Origin: Chiloscyllium plagiosum
Lineage: Eukaryota
DNA length: 53,371 nt
Reading direction: 5' to 3'
Assembly (NCBI RefSeq): GCF_004010195.1
Contig: NC_057719.1
Coordinates: 15,750,262 to 15,803,632, forward strand
Shown here: one piece after another, positions 1-12,617 of the stretch
Numbering within the stretch: position 1 is the first letter of the stretch
Layout: each line of letters starts with the position of its first letter
Notes under the pieces: generated by a model
Told to the model about the DNA's origin: nothing
Databases searched by the model: none
What the model saw: only the letters and a program-made list of their open reading frames with translations
Position numbers and translations under genes: made by a program

Positions 1-215
1 GACACGGCGTGTATTAAATTCATTGATGCGTAGACGGAGGGGGATGAAGGTGAGTCCTTTGCTGAGGACTGATCGTTCATCCTCAGTAAGGGGAAGGTCT
101 GGAGGGATGGTGAAAACTCAGTAGGGCTGGGAGCTGGGGTCTGGTGTGGGTGTGGAGCTGGAAGTGGGGGTGGAACCTGTAACTGAAGTGGGTGTGGTGG
201 TGGGGGGGAATGTAC
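1..215 (-). mobile_element. Penelope-like element (PLE) N-terminal ORF fragment, running off the window
   Basis: Minus strand reads FTIPPDLPLTEDERSVLSKGLTFIP...RINEFNTRR (with a frameshift); LSKGLxFxP is typical of PLE N-termini. Confidence 0.7.
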
Positions 216-239
216 ACAGAAGCGAAACACATTAAGTCA

Positions 240-352
240 GCTGTTGGAATTTGAATTTTGCAAGACTCCAGACCCACAGCAATATGGTTGACTCCTAACT
301 GCCCTCTGAAATGGTCTACCAAGTCATATTCAATGGCAATTAAGGCTGAGAG
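240..352 (+). mobile_element. Decayed SINE body fragment, same family as 18790-19085
   Basis: gactccagacccacagcaatatggttgactcctaactgcc resembles the reverse complement of 18848-18890. Confidence 0.5.
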
Positions 353-873
353 AATGCATCATCATATCATTTGTTCACTAGAAAACAGAACTGAGCAGAA
401 ACCACTTCCCTGAAGTGTTAAACAAAGAAATGGTGCCTTGGCTGGGAGGCTTGCATGCAATGGAAAATTATTTTCCACTGTACTCATTGAGTCTTGGAGC
501 ATAAAACAGTACTCATTGTACACTTCAAAAAAAAGATAAGAAATTCTTCAATATTACTGCACATCTGACAGTAATTTCCATGCATGTGAGCAGTACAGAT
601 TCAACATACATTGATTTCAAATTTATAGCTTGTACAAACCTTATCCAATGTCCTGAAAAGGTGCATGAACAGAAATTAAAATGATTTGCCTTTTAAAAAA
701 TACATTAAGATCATGCATAAAATGTTTCGCTGCAGCTTTTAAATTTAGCTAAGTAGAAATAAGGTAGAGACTGGAGAATTGCAAACCTTGGCATGTTGTA
801 AAACTGTTGCAAACAGAAGTAGTCCTCTAAAGAAAAACAATAAAGGCTGATCCATACCAGACTTGTCGCTTAC

Positions 874-958
874 ATTTCAGCTGTAGTGAGGCTGAAAACC
901 ATCTTGCCACATCTGCAGCAATCAGCACAGCAAGAGTTAACAGTAAAATTGACGGCAT
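874..958 (-). CDS. Probable first coding exon of a secreted or membrane protein (signal-peptide-like MPSILLLTLAVLIAADVARWFSASLQLK + phase-1 intron); gene continues off the left of the window
   Basis: Minus strand: acceptor tctccatcttgcag|ATG, 85 nt (28 codons + 1), donor T|gtaagc, hydrophobic core, non-repetitive surroundings. An alternative open frame starting AAGATGG (MVFSLTTAE) cannot be excluded. Confidence 0.6.
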
Positions 959-1496
959 CTGCAAGATGGAGACAGCCCACACACATAGCGAAAGCTACAT
1001 GCTCCTTAAACACACAATGCTTAAATTGGATTGGTGGCTGATGTCGTCAGCCAGTTGTAACTTGCACAGGGAAGCACCCACCTGTGGGAGCTCTCCCACT
1101 CTTCCACATGCCTCATACAAAGGAATGAGGCAAGCAGCATTCAATAACACCACACACTTGGCACAAGAACAGTTGTAATTAAGCCAATTTAAAATCACAA
1201 TTATGCATATAAATAAAACTAATTCTTTTCAGTTTTGAAAAACAAAACACAACTGTTTGAGAAGAGATCTTGCTGCACAATAAATCCCATACTTAACTCC
1301 ATCTAATTATCATTCACCATTATCTAGCAGGGCAGAAAATGGCTACATTTACAAAGCATAAACAATCACCTACATCATTATGAACTTCAATCATTTTCTG
1401 AAATGGATAATTCACCATTTTTGACAGATTTAACCTCATCTGGGATGGAGACACTATACAAATTCACAAATGAGCAAATTCCGTAGAAGCCATACA

Positions 1497-1605
1497 TGGC
1501 TTGAAACATAAATTACTCTTTGCAGAGATGCTGCTAGACCTGTTATGTTTCTCCAGCACTTTGTGTTTAATTTCAGATCTCCAGTATTCACAATATTTTC
1601 AAATA
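1497..1605 (+). mobile_element. Decayed PLE terminal-repeat fragment (family C)
   Basis: gaaacat...cagagatgctgctagacctg...ttcagatctccagtattcaca resembles 15376-15510. Confidence 0.5.
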
Positions 1606-1904
1606 TTCTTTGACTGTTTGACTCAAGTTTGTCATTTAATCTTTATGTTTTTGACCTTTAGTCATGAGTCAGGTTGTTACCTGCTAACAACTACATAAGC
1701 AATGTTATTTTAGATAACTGCTTTGGCTCCCTTCATAATTTATTTTGTTGGCCAAAAAATTAATTTAAAACAACACTTCATTATAATTCTAAAGCTTGAG
1801 TGTACAAAACTGCATAAATGTTATGATAGTCCAATTAATTCTGTAAGTTTATGAAAATAATTGTTCCACTGATGTAATTAGTAATCTCAATAACCTATGT
1901 ATAA

Positions 1905-2205
1905 GATCATAGAGACAGAAACAGACCCTTCGGTCCAATTCTTCCATGCTGACCAGATATCCTAAATAAATAAATATAGTCCCATTTGCCAGTATTTGGC
2001 CCATATTTCTCTAAATCCTTCCTATTCATATACCCATCCTGATGCCTTTTAAATGTTGTAATTGTACCAACCACCATCACTGCCTCTGGTAGTTCATTCT
2101 ACATACACACCATTCTCTGCATGAAAATCTTCCTGCCTCACCTTAAACCCTCCTCTAGTTTTAGATTCTCCCAGCCTGGGGAAAAGACCTTGGCTAATCA
2201 ACCCA
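1905..2205 (-). mobile_element. CR1 (HER1-like) 3' end
   Basis: Reverse complement of the CR1 3' tail at 6370-6615 (agacccttcggtccaa...gatgccttttaaatgtt). Confidence 0.8.
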
Positions 2206-2934
2206 GTTTCAAATAAACCTTTCAATTTCTTCAGACCTTCCATTGCTTCGACAAAGCATCATAGACACGCATGTTGTAAAAGGGGATTAAAAATTTTTTT
2301 AAGATTAAAAGGCAGAATATAATCTGTGCCTTTCAACCATTATCATATACAATCCAACAGATTACAGGAGAGGTCCATGCTCATTGTCCAACCATTTTGA
2401 GAATACAAGAAAATTATAAATCTCTGCTTTATATAAATGCTTCCTGTAAGTAGGGAAAAGGATCTGCATGTGCACATCTCAATAGATCATCTCAATAGTG
2501 ATCCTGAAGTTCTTCATATTTTAAAATAATAAAAACTGATGCATTTCAATTCAAGTTCATCCTGTCCATCACTAAACAAAACAGGGGCTGGTGCCAGCCT
2601 TTCCCCACCCCCAATAACAGGTGCTAGCTTCTGGTGTCAGCCTCTCCTCACATTCACTCACAGTACTGGACTCTGTTTGCATTCCAAAGGAGGAGGAAAA
2701 GCTCTATATCATCAGCTCCAGCCTCTCTGACCTAGTCATCAGTGAACAAATGCACTGATTTTGATGTTAAACAACCCAAAAAGCAGGGCTTTCATTGGCA
2801 TCTGTGGCCTGTCAGCTGGCATGACAGAACATGTGCAGGGGTCATTACTGTTATGCCTCACTGCTGGAAATCAAGCCCCGCTTTCCACAGCATGACAAAA
2901 TTAATTCTAAAACATAGGCAAATATTCCCCAATT

Positions 2935-3910
2935 TACCATTGGCCCACTGCGATTTGTTATCCATATCAATGATTTGGATGAGAATGTACGAGGAAGGAT
3001 TAGCAAGTTTGCAGATGACACTAAAATACGCGGTATCATGGACAGTGAGGAAGGTTGTCAGAAATTGCAGCAGGACCTTGATCAGCTGGGAAAGTGGGCC
3101 AAGAAATGGCAAATAGAGTTTAATATTGACAAGTGTGAGGTCTTGCATTTTGGAAAGTCAAATCATGGTAGGAGTTTCATGGTGAATGACAGGGCCTCAG
3201 AGTGTATTGGAACAGAGGGACCTTGGAGTTCAGGTGCATGGTTGCCTGAAAGTGGTGTCAAGTAGACAGGGCAGTGAAGGCGGCTTTTGGCACAATGGCT
3301 TTCATCACTGATTGTAAAAGTTGGGAAGTTATGTTGCAGTGGTACAGGACATTGGTGAGGCCACACTTGGGAGCATTGTGTTCAGTTTTGGTCACCTTGC
3401 TATAGTAAGGATGTTATTAATATGGAAAGAGTGCAGAAGAAATTTACAAGGATGCTGCTTGGACTCAACAGTCTAGTTAGAGAGAGGTTGGACAGCTAGG
3501 ACTTTTTTCTTTCGAGCATAGGAGATTGAAGGGGGATCTTACAGAAGTGTATAAAATCATGAGAGACACGAATAGGGTGAATGCACTCAGTCTTTTTCTC
3601 AGGGTTGGGGAAATTGCAGACTAGAGGGCATCAGTTTAATGTTAGAGGGGAAAGAATAAAAGGGAGCCTGAGGGGCAACTTTTTTTTAAACAGAAGGTGA
3701 TACGCATATGGAATGAGCTGCCAGCGGAGGTGGTTGAGGCGGGCACATTAATAACATTTAAAAGGCATTTGGATAAATACATGGATAGAAAAGGTTTAGA
3801 AGGATATGGGCTAACTGCAGGAAAATGGGGTTAGCATAGATGGACATTTTGGTTAGCATGGACTAGTTTGGGTCAAAGGGCCTGTCTCCATGCTGTAGAA
3901 CACTATGACA
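2935..3910 (+). mobile_element. CR1 LINE, 5'-truncated RT and 3' tail
   Basis: ISKFADDTKI and WQIEFNIDKCEVLHFG RT motifs, frameshifted, ending in the CR1 tail. Confidence 0.9.
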
Positions 3911-4275
3911 GAAAACACAGACCAGGTATCTGTACTTAACAAAAACAAATATTTATCACAAATAATTAGACTGTTTCTACAGGTAAAACAGTTACAAACT
4001 GACAGCATGTAATTCTAATAATTAAAACTCGATGCCTTTATAAACTCTCCTTTACACTCAGGCACACAAGGGGAAAAATGGGTATCATGGACTGAAGGAA
4101 GACTGGAAAGGTAGTTAGCGGACAGCGAAGAAGGTTACCTCAGATTACAATGTGATCTTGACCATATGGGCCAATGGGCTGAGAATTGGCAGATGGAGTT
4201 TAATTTAGATAAATGCGAGGTGCTGCATTTTGGGAAAGCAAATCTTAGCAGGACTTATACACTTACTGGTAAGGT

Positions 4276-5708
4276 ACCACCATCACGAAGGACTCAAAGC
4301 ACTCCGCTTCTTCCTTTCCCGCCGTACCACCCAGGACCCTTCCACCGACACCCTCCTTCGACTGACCGAACTGGTCCTCACCCTGAACAACTTTTCTTTC
4401 CAATCCTCCCACTTTCTCTGGTCCTCACCCTGAACAACTTTTCTTTCCAATCCTCCCACTTTCTCCAAACAAAAGGAGTAGCCATGGGCACCCGCATGGG
4501 CCCCAGCTATGCCTGCCTCTTCGTAGGGTATGTGGAACAATCCATCTTCCGCAACTACACTGGCCCCACCCCCCATCTTTTTCTTCGCTACATTGATGAC
4601 TGTATCGGCGCTACCTCGTGCTCCCACGAGGAGGTTGAACAGTTCATCCACTACACTAACACCTTCCACCCCGACCTCAAATTCACCTGGACAGTCTCAG
4701 ACTCCTCCCTCCCCTTCCTAGACCTTTCTGTTACTATCTCAGGCGACCGAATCAACACGGACATCTACTACAAACCAACCGACTCCCACAGCTACCTGGA
4801 CTACACCTCCTCCCATCCTGCCCCCTGTAAAAACGCCATCCCATTCTCCCAATTCCTACGTCTCCGCCGCATCTGCTCCCAGGAAGACCAGTTCAAAATA
4901 CGTACAACACAGATGGCCACCTTCTTCAAGGACCGCAATTTCCCCCCCGACGCGGTCGACGGTGCCCTCCACCGCACCTCCTCCACTTCCCGCTCCTCCG
5001 CCCTTGAGCCCCGCCCCTCCAACCGCCACCAGGACAGAACCCCACTGGTCCTCACCTACCACCCCACCAATCTCCATGTACAGCGCATCATCCGCCGTCA
5101 CTTCCGCCACCTCCAAACAGACCCCAGCACCAAGGATATATTTCCCTCCCCACCCCTATCAGCTTTCCGTAGAGACCACTCCCTCCGCGACTCCCTTGTC
5201 AGATCCACACCCCCCACCGACCCAACCACCACTCCCGGCACCTTCCCTTGCAACCGCAGGAGGTGCAACACTTGCGCCCACACCTCCCCCCTCACTTCTC
5301 TCCAAGGCCCCAAGGGAAACTTCCATATCCGCCACAGATTCACCTGCACCTCCACCCACATCATCTACTGCATCCGCTGCAGCCGGTGTGGCCTCCTCTA
5401 TATTGGGGAGACAGGCCGCCTACTTGCGGAGCGATTCAGAGAGCACCTCTGGGCCACCCGGACGAACCAACCCAACCAACCTGTAGCACAGCATCTCAAC
5501 TCCCCCTCCCACTCCACCGAGGATATGCAGGTCATTGGACTCATCCACCGCCAAACCACAACAACCCGACGGTCGGAGGAGGAGCGTCTTATCTTCCGAC
5601 TGGGAACCCTCCAACCGCAGGGGATGAATGCTGCCTGACCTGCTGTGCTGTTCCAGCAATAAAGTTTCAACTTTGATCTCCAGCATCTGCAGACCTCACT
5701 TTCTCCTC
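4276..5708 (+). mobile_element. Penelope-like element, Neptune type: RT + Zn-finger linker + GIY-YIG endonuclease, 5'-truncated
   Basis: QTKGVAMGTRMGPSYA, FLRYIDD, CNRRRCNTC and IIYCIRCSRCGLLYIGETGR..RFREH lie in one frame from about 4418 to 5638; terminal-repeat tail at 5626-5708. Confidence 0.95.
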
Positions 5709-6017
5709 AGGAGTGTTGCTGAACAAAGACCTTGGAGTGCAGGTTCATAGCTCCTTGAAAGTGGAGTCACAGGTAAACAGGATAGTGAAGAAGGCATTTG
5801 GCATGCTTTCGTTTATTGGTGAGAGTATTGAGTACAGGAGTTGGGAGGTCATGTTGCGGCTGTACAGGACATTGATTAGGTCACTTTTGGAATATTGCAT
5901 GCAATTCTGGTCTCCCTCCTATCGGAAGGATGTTGTGAAACTTGAAAGGGTTTAGAGAAGATTTACAAGGATGTTGTCAGGGTTGGAGGATTTGAAGTTA
6001 TAGGGAGAGGTTGAATA

Positions 6018-6196
6018 GATTAGATTAGAATACTTACTTCGGCCCAACAAGTCCACACCGACCCTCTGAAGAGTAGCCCACCCAGACCCAATCCCCTAAA
6101 TTTACTCCTTCACCTAACACTATGGGCAATTTAGCATGGCCAATTCCCCGAACCTGCACATCTTTGGATTGTGGGAGGAAATCGGAGCACCCAGAG
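6018..6196 (-). mobile_element. HE1 SINE, partial
   Basis: (attag)n tail plus V-SINE body matching the full copies in the window. Confidence 0.85.
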
Positions 6197-7419
6197 GCTG
6201 GGGGTATTTTCCCTGGAGCGTCAGAGGCTGAGGGGTGACCTCATAAAAGGTTTATAAAATCATGAGGGCATGGATAGGATAAATAGATAAAGTCTCTTCC
6301 CTGGGGTGGTGGAGTTCAGAACTAGAGGACATCCGTTTAGGGTGAGGGGAAAGATAAAAAGATATCTAAGGGGCAACTTTTTCACACAGAGGGTGGTACG
6401 TGTTTGGAATGAGCTGCCAGAGGAAGTGATGGAGGCTAGTACGACTGCAACATTTAAAAGGCATCTGGATGGGTATATGAATAGGAAAGGTTTGGAGGGA
6501 TGTGCGCCGGGTGCTGGCAGGTGGGACTAGATTGGGTTGGGATATCTGGTCGGCATGGACGAGTTGGACCGAAAGGTCTGCTTCCGTGCTGTACGTCTCT
6601 GACTCCATGATTCTATAAGCCGTTCTTGAGATGATTCTTGTGCTGATCAAAATGCTCCTTCTCGGTTGCCCTTCTCCAGAAGTTCCACTATTTTGCAAGA
6701 ATAGTGGCTGGTTCACTTGTATAAACGATGCCTGACTTATTGATTAAAAATCATAGTTTACATAAACTATTGAAGTAAAGATAAAATGTTTTTTTGTCAG
6801 CCCTAAAGTGACTTTCCCTGCAGAGAACAGAGAGTGCTCCTGAGCTGGTGGTGACTTCCCTATATTTTGTTCATAACCCCAAAAAGTTCAGCCACCTGAG
6901 AATCAGTCACAAAGGTAGTTGTGAAGCAGAAGCTTGTTGTCCACAACCAATCAGCTACTGGTACCAACCAAAGCTCCATCTGAACACAAATGCTTGGTTC
7001 CAGTTCATCTGCAACCAAACTTTGATCACTGCTCAAACAAGCAGCTGTGTAAACAGTGCTTACAATTAGCATCAGTTACTTGTTTTCAAAACATGCAGCA
7101 ATCCTTGTGTTTTTTAAAATGCAGTTCTATCTGCATTTCAGTTCACAATTAAAAACACAGAAAAATAAAGAGATTGGTCTTGATATTACAATTATTCATG
7201 CAAATTACAAATGACAGCCCACATGTACTACAGTCATCTGACAAAACAGGTAAGACTGGAATATCCTGGGTGTTCAGACAAATCAGAGCCCACAGAGGAG
7301 AACAAATGCACTAAAAACATTTCAACTCAACATGCATCACTTGCTTGTTGCACGATCCTCCACAACCTAAACGTACCTTCTTTTTATGGAAAAATACAGC
7401 TGCCATGAATTATGGAACT

Positions 7420-7680
7420 TCATAGAACCCTCTACTGCATGAAGTAGGCCAACTGGCCCATCAAGTCCACACCAACTTTCTAAAGAATAGCCCACCCTTT
7501 AACCCTGCTAATCTAGCTAACTTGTACATCTTTAGACTGTGGGAGGAAACCAGACACCTGATGGAACCCCACATGGACACAAGGGGGGCATGCAAATTCA
7601 ACACAATTACCCAAAGATGGAATTGAACTGAAGTCCCTTGTGCTGTGAGGCAGCAGTGCTAACCACTAGGCCACTGTGCC
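7420..7680 (-). mobile_element. HE1 SINE, diverged
   Basis: gctgtgaggcagcagtgctaaccac (tRNA-derived head, reversed) and tggactgtgggaggaaacc-like core. Confidence 0.8.
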
Positions 7681-8488
7681 AACTTGTTTGAGAGAGGAGC
7701 AAAACTTTAATTTTTACTCACCAGGCTATTGTTTTGGAACAAGGAAACAAAGCACCATTTAATGAAAGAAACCAACAAATGCCTCACACAAAGTGAAATA
7801 CTGCAGATGCAGGAAATCTGAAATAAAAGCAAAGTGCTGTGGCAACTCAAAAGGTCTGGCAGCCTCAATGAAGATAGATGTAGAACTAACGTTTTGAATC
7901 CTATACAACGTCTTCATGTTTAGGTTTTCCAGCACTGTCATTTTCATGGCTCTTCAGCTGTTGACAGTGTCAAATTATAAATTCACTGCATAACAGTGAT
8001 GACAAATTTTAATTTCATTCAACATCCCAAATAGCTTGTCTGACACTTTCCTTGAAGCCAGTGGTTTTTTTTGAAAACGCATGCTAATACAAGTTAATTA
8101 GATACTATCATAAGTGTTAATTTGCTAAATCTTCCCGTGGCACTCAGCTGTTGCTCTCAACATGACACATTTAAACAGCATCGACAGCAGATATTCAAAT
8201 TTGGTTATCTGTCGAGAGATTCCAGGTTGGATTCATTTCTCGTTTCGTTTTATTCGCGATTAATTAACAAGCATGTGCGGAGTTTTAACATTTGGAACCG
8301 AGTTAAAGCTGTGCTCCAGGGACCCTGTAGTACAATGTTAGCGTCCCTGCCTTTGAGTCAAAAATGTGAGTTCAACTTCCACTTGAGGTACATCCTAACA
8401 CATCTGAACGGGATGATCAACAACATCTATAACTCTGCCCCAACAATGCTGCATTCCATAATTCTAGTATGGGAAGAAGTGGACTTAC

Positions 8489-8795
8489 CTTAACGATTGA
8501 GGATTTAAGAAATCGATTTCGTTTTTCAACAGAATTCGAGGGGACAGGGCAAGGTTTATGAGGTATGTGTTTCCGGCCGCTGAAATATGGACTGTGTGTG
8601 TCCCCTTCTCCTGGAGGGTAGGTGTCGCGGAGACATCGCTGGCTCCGAGGCTCGACTGCCCCAATACAACCTGCAGACTCTCTCACTCAGCAAGCGTCAG
8701 GTTGCAATGTAACAACATACAGCAACTGTATCGTTTTTGCCTGCTACCCGACTTCATTGCCGACCAGCTCGCTCCTTCCCCTCAAATACACAAAA
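8489..8795 (-). other. Probable non-coding first exon of the minus-strand gene (5' end approximate)
   Basis: Consensus donor AAG|GTAAGT (8483-8488 reversed) in CpG-rich unique sequence; joining it to 958 gives AAG|ATG with A at -3. Confidence 0.55.
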
Positions 8796-9400
8796 TAGAT
8801 TTTTTTTCCCCCTCCGTCTGGTATATTTATCCGCTTTGCAGCCCAGCAATCTCCAACTACTGCATCCTTGAACACATTTTCCCCACCCACACCGACCACT
8901 TTACGGCAAGGCTGTAAAGTTCCCCCAAAAAACACACACACGCACAAAGCCTCTGCTCCGTCTGCAAATGTTGTCGCAAAAAGAGACTCCGAGAGCAGAC
9001 GCAGCACTTCGATTGATATCACTGACAGATGTCTGAAAGAGTCGGTCATTGAGTCGTTTGTCAGTTTAGAATATTCCTGGAAAAAAAGACACATTTGAGC
9101 TTCGACAAAATGTGTCTATTTTTCAGTAATACTGTAATCAAGTCAGTGGATTCCTTTGGTGCTGTGCATTTATTGAACACTTTAGGCCGCGGATGAACTA
9201 GACTGCAGCGGTATTTGGTAAAGAATACAGTACACGGTATTCCTCACTTAATCGGGGAACCGGTTTTCTTTTGACAAAATGGCATCCCTTCGCATGTTCT
9301 CCTGTATTTGGATGGTATTTGGGAAATGAAAGTGCTGGAGCTCCAATGTACAGGATGGGTCAGACCAGTACGTGCCACAAGTTGTATTGGGTTTTCCTTT
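8500..9400. promoter_or_regulatory. CpG-enriched promoter region with a TATA-like ATAAATATA (minus, 8822-8830)
   Basis: Visibly higher CpG density than the CpG-depleted flanks, no repeat motifs, adjacent strong splice donor. Confidence 0.55.
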
Positions 9401-9482
9401 TTGGATACGTCAATTTTCCTTTGCTTTTCTCTCCACCGATCTGTAACAATTTACTCACCATCCGAACCCATTTTTTTAAAAG

Positions 9483-9757
9483 TTAAGATTCCCTACAGTG
9501 TGGAAACAGGCCCTTTGGCCCAACCAGTCCTCCAAAGAGTAACCCACCCAGACCTATTCCCTCTGACTAATGCACCTAACACTATGGGCAATTTAGCATA
9601 GCCAAACCACATGACCCGCACATCTTTGGACTGTGGGAGGAAACCCACGCAGACATAGGGAGAAAGTGCAAACTCCACACAGATAGTCACCCGAAGCTGG
9701 AATCAAGCCTGAGACCCTGGTGCTGTGAGGCAGCAGTGCTAACCACTGAGCCACCAT
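9483..9757 (-). mobile_element. HE1 SINE
   Basis: Near full-length reverse copy with tRNA-like head and V-domain. Confidence 0.9.
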
Positions 9758-10234
9758 GTGTAATCATCTTTCCACATCACCTGTTTCCCCTGACTACTTT
9801 TTGTTCATGTAATAGTTACAGTACAGTAATGTTTATGGCAATTCCAGAAATTTTCTGTTGTCAACAATGATACCTCTGAAAGATAATTTGGATTAATTGT
9901 TGGGGTCTTTCTAATGATTCAGAGTAACAACTTGTATTTGTGTAGCGAATTTATAGCATGGTAAAATGCTCCAATCTTATCACAAGAGCTTTCAATTTTT
10001 CAGTAAAGCACATAAGGAGATTGAGTTTTGCTAAAAAAACACATCTTGTGGAAACAGTTCATTTCTACTAGTCAGCATGCTGAACTCATTAAAATATTGT
10101 TCTCCTTTACATTAGTATTCATGAGTGAAAGATGGAAAGCTTCAACAAAAAATCTATTTTTCAGAAATTCTCAATTCTATACTACTAAACAACCACAAGG
10201 AGATTTTAGTATCATAAAAAAGTTACAATCCTGA

Positions 10235-10870
10235 GGGAAGTTAGTTCTACTTCCCTGGAGGACACACAGGACTCCTTGGCAGATGCATTGTTTCAACCTT
10301 TTCCTGCTCAACTGAAGTTCTGCTGAAAGGTGCCTTTGCAAAATAAGTCTGGAGAAGGATGCAATGGTTTTTGTTGAGGTTTGACCTGACCAGCTCCATG
10401 ACCCAGTACTGTGTTGTATGGTCTGTTTCCCAGGGTGCACACTGAGACAAACCTCAGTTGCACCCCATCAACTTGGTGAAAGATGCTCTTTGGTCTGCCT
10501 GAAATTTGTTGGTCTTCCAGAGCAAGGAGTTGACTTTGACAATGTTGCAGACTTGCACATTCCAATGTCCAGGATTATGTGTGCTAAAGCTTGGGACAGC
10601 TGCTGCTAAGGTGCAGTGGGGAAAGACAACTGAGTAAGGTCTTTCTGCCGAAGTTAAATGGAGGTCTGTATAGTTCTGGGACCTTTTTGGTGCCTCAAAT
10701 ATATGTAAACAAAATCTCGTACAAATAAAAAGTGCTTTTTGGTTTGTTTGCTGCATAGAGTCAAACTCCAATGTTTATTTCTTAATATTATCTACAAAAC
10801 TGAACTGCTTTATGTATGCAAATAATGATATTTTTATAAGTTATATTTTTGAAATAAAAACAAGTTCTTT
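10235..10870 (+). mobile_element. Tx1-clade LINE 3' end with 3' UTR
   Basis: Frameshifted INLVKDALWSA*NLLVFQSKELTLT...AHSNVQDYV...KLGTAAAKVQWGKTT, then an AT-rich UTR ending gaaataaaaa. Confidence 0.75.
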
Positions 10871-12489
10871 CTATCTTGGCTCTATTTTCTCCCCACTTGT
10901 CTAATCTCATTCATGATTCTTCTGATGTCTTACATCAATAAAATATATTACAACACAATACAGCACAAGAACAGGTCCTTTGGCCCAACAAGACACACCG
11001 ATTCCTAATCCTTATTTAGGCCCACTTCTTATTACCCATACATGGTTCCTTTGCCTGGTGTCGGAGTCCAGAACTGGAGGGCATAGGATTAGGGTGAGAG
11101 GGGAAAGATTGAGATGTAAGGGGCAACTTTTTCACACAGAGGGTGGTACGTGTATGGAAGGAGCTGCCAAAGGAAGTGGTGGAGGCTGGTAAAATTGCAA
11201 CATTTAAAAGGCATTTGGATGGGTATATGAATAGGAAGGGTTTGGAGGGATATGGGCTGGGTGCTGGTAGGTGGGACTAGATTGGGTTGGGATATCTGGT
11301 CGGCATGGACGAGTTGGACCGAAGGGTCTGTTTCCATGCTGTGCATCTCTATGACTCTATTCACCTTCCGTTCATGTGCCAATCAAGATATGCCTTAAAT
11401 GTTGCTAATGTATCTGCTTCCATCACTTCCACTGGCAGTGTATTCCAGGCACCCACCAGCTTTTTGTGAACAACTTTCCCCACACTTTGTCCCTAAATTA
11501 TCTCTCTCTCACCTTGAACTTGTCCCTTCTTGAGTTGATCTTTCCACCATACAAAAAAAACAATCACTTAGATCCTTTCTATGCCTCTCATAATTGTGTA
11601 TACTGCCATCAGGTTGCCCTACAGCTTCTGGTCTTTCCAGTGAAACAATCAAAGTTTATCCAAACTCTCCTTATAACTAAAACCTTCCAGACCCACTAGG
11701 CAATATCTGTACCCTCTTCAAAACATCCATATACTTCTGGTAGTGTGGCAACTGGAACTGCCTGTAATGTTCCAAATGTTGCCTAACTAACTTACCAACT
11801 TTTATATTTGATGTTTTGGCTGATGGCTGATGACCACCTTATCCACCTGCGTTGCCATTTTCAGGGATCTGTGGACCTGTACACCCAGATACCTCCTTCA
11901 ATGCTCTTAAGGATTCTGCCATTTATTGTATGATTCACAGCTGAATTTGATCATCCAAAAAGCATCACCTCACATTTGTCTGGATTAAACTCCATCTGCT
12001 ATTTCTCTGCCCAATCTATTTCCCACTATCCTTTGACAATCCTTCTGATTATCTGAAACTCCATCAACTTTGGTATCATCCGCAAACTTACTAATCAGAC
12101 CACCTATATTTACTTACAGATCATTTATATATTACAGATAACAAAGATTCCAACACTGATCCCCACTAGTTACTGATCTCAACTTGTAAAGCACCCTTCC
12201 ACCACTACTCTCTGTCTTCTATGACTGAGACAGTTCTGTATCCAAAGCATCCTCTGGCTCCACACAAATCTTTCCCTAGCTACCCATTTGCTCCTAATAT
12301 ATGTATAAAATTCCTTGGGATTCTCCTTAGCCTTGATGGCCAAGAGATTTTCACAGCCCCCTTTAGCCCTCTTAACTCCCCATCTAAGCTCCTTCCTACT
12401 TTCTCAATGTTCTTCAAAGACTTTGTCTGGTTTTAATTGTCTGGAAGTTTAGGTATGCTTTCTTTTTTGACTAAGCTGATAATTTCCCC

Positions 12490-12617
12490 AAGGTAAAAAC
12501 AATGACTGCAGATGCTGGAAACCAGATTCTGGATTAATGGTGCAGGAAGAGCACAGCAGTTCAGGCAGCATCCAAGGAGCTTCGAAATCGACGTTTCGGG
12601 CAAAAGCCCTTCATCAG
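12490..12617 (-). mobile_element. Short PLE terminal-repeat insertion (family A)
   Basis: Same tail as PLE 5626-5708; interrupts a CR1. Confidence 0.85.
12590..12617 (-). ncRNA. Minimal hammerhead ribozyme core
   Basis: CUGAUGA-A-GGGC-UUUU-GCCC-GAAA-CG-UC; upstream stem-I strand lost by truncation. Confidence 0.6.

Larger units (their letters stand above)
4117..6615 (+). mobile_element. CR1 (HER1-like) LINE interrupted by a PLE (4276-5708) and an HE1 SINE (6018-6196)
   Basis: WQMEFNLDKCEVLHFGKAN..TYTLTGK resumes after the PLE as DLGVQVHSSLKVESQV...LEYCMQFWSP; 3' tail present. Confidence 0.9.

Noticed and set aside
4166..5638. 490-aa ORF as a novel CR1-Penelope fusion gene
   Set aside because: Chance read-through: about 36 aa of CR1, then out-of-frame PLE until a 47-bp duplication restores the PLE frame.
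6620..7200. Additional LTR-like blocks (also 3910-4110, 20500-21050, 35190-35500)
   Set aside because: Composition is suggestive, but paired TG..CA ends and TSDs could not be fixed by eye.
7715..7800. Minus-strand cassette exon with a CTG|gtgagt donor
   Set aside because: The acceptor comes from a decayed repeat and there is no coding support.
8744..9094. 116-aa minus-strand ORF with an acceptor-like ttttttccag near 9077
   Set aside because: No recognisable domain and it crosses simple repeats in a promoter-like region; not supportable as CDS.
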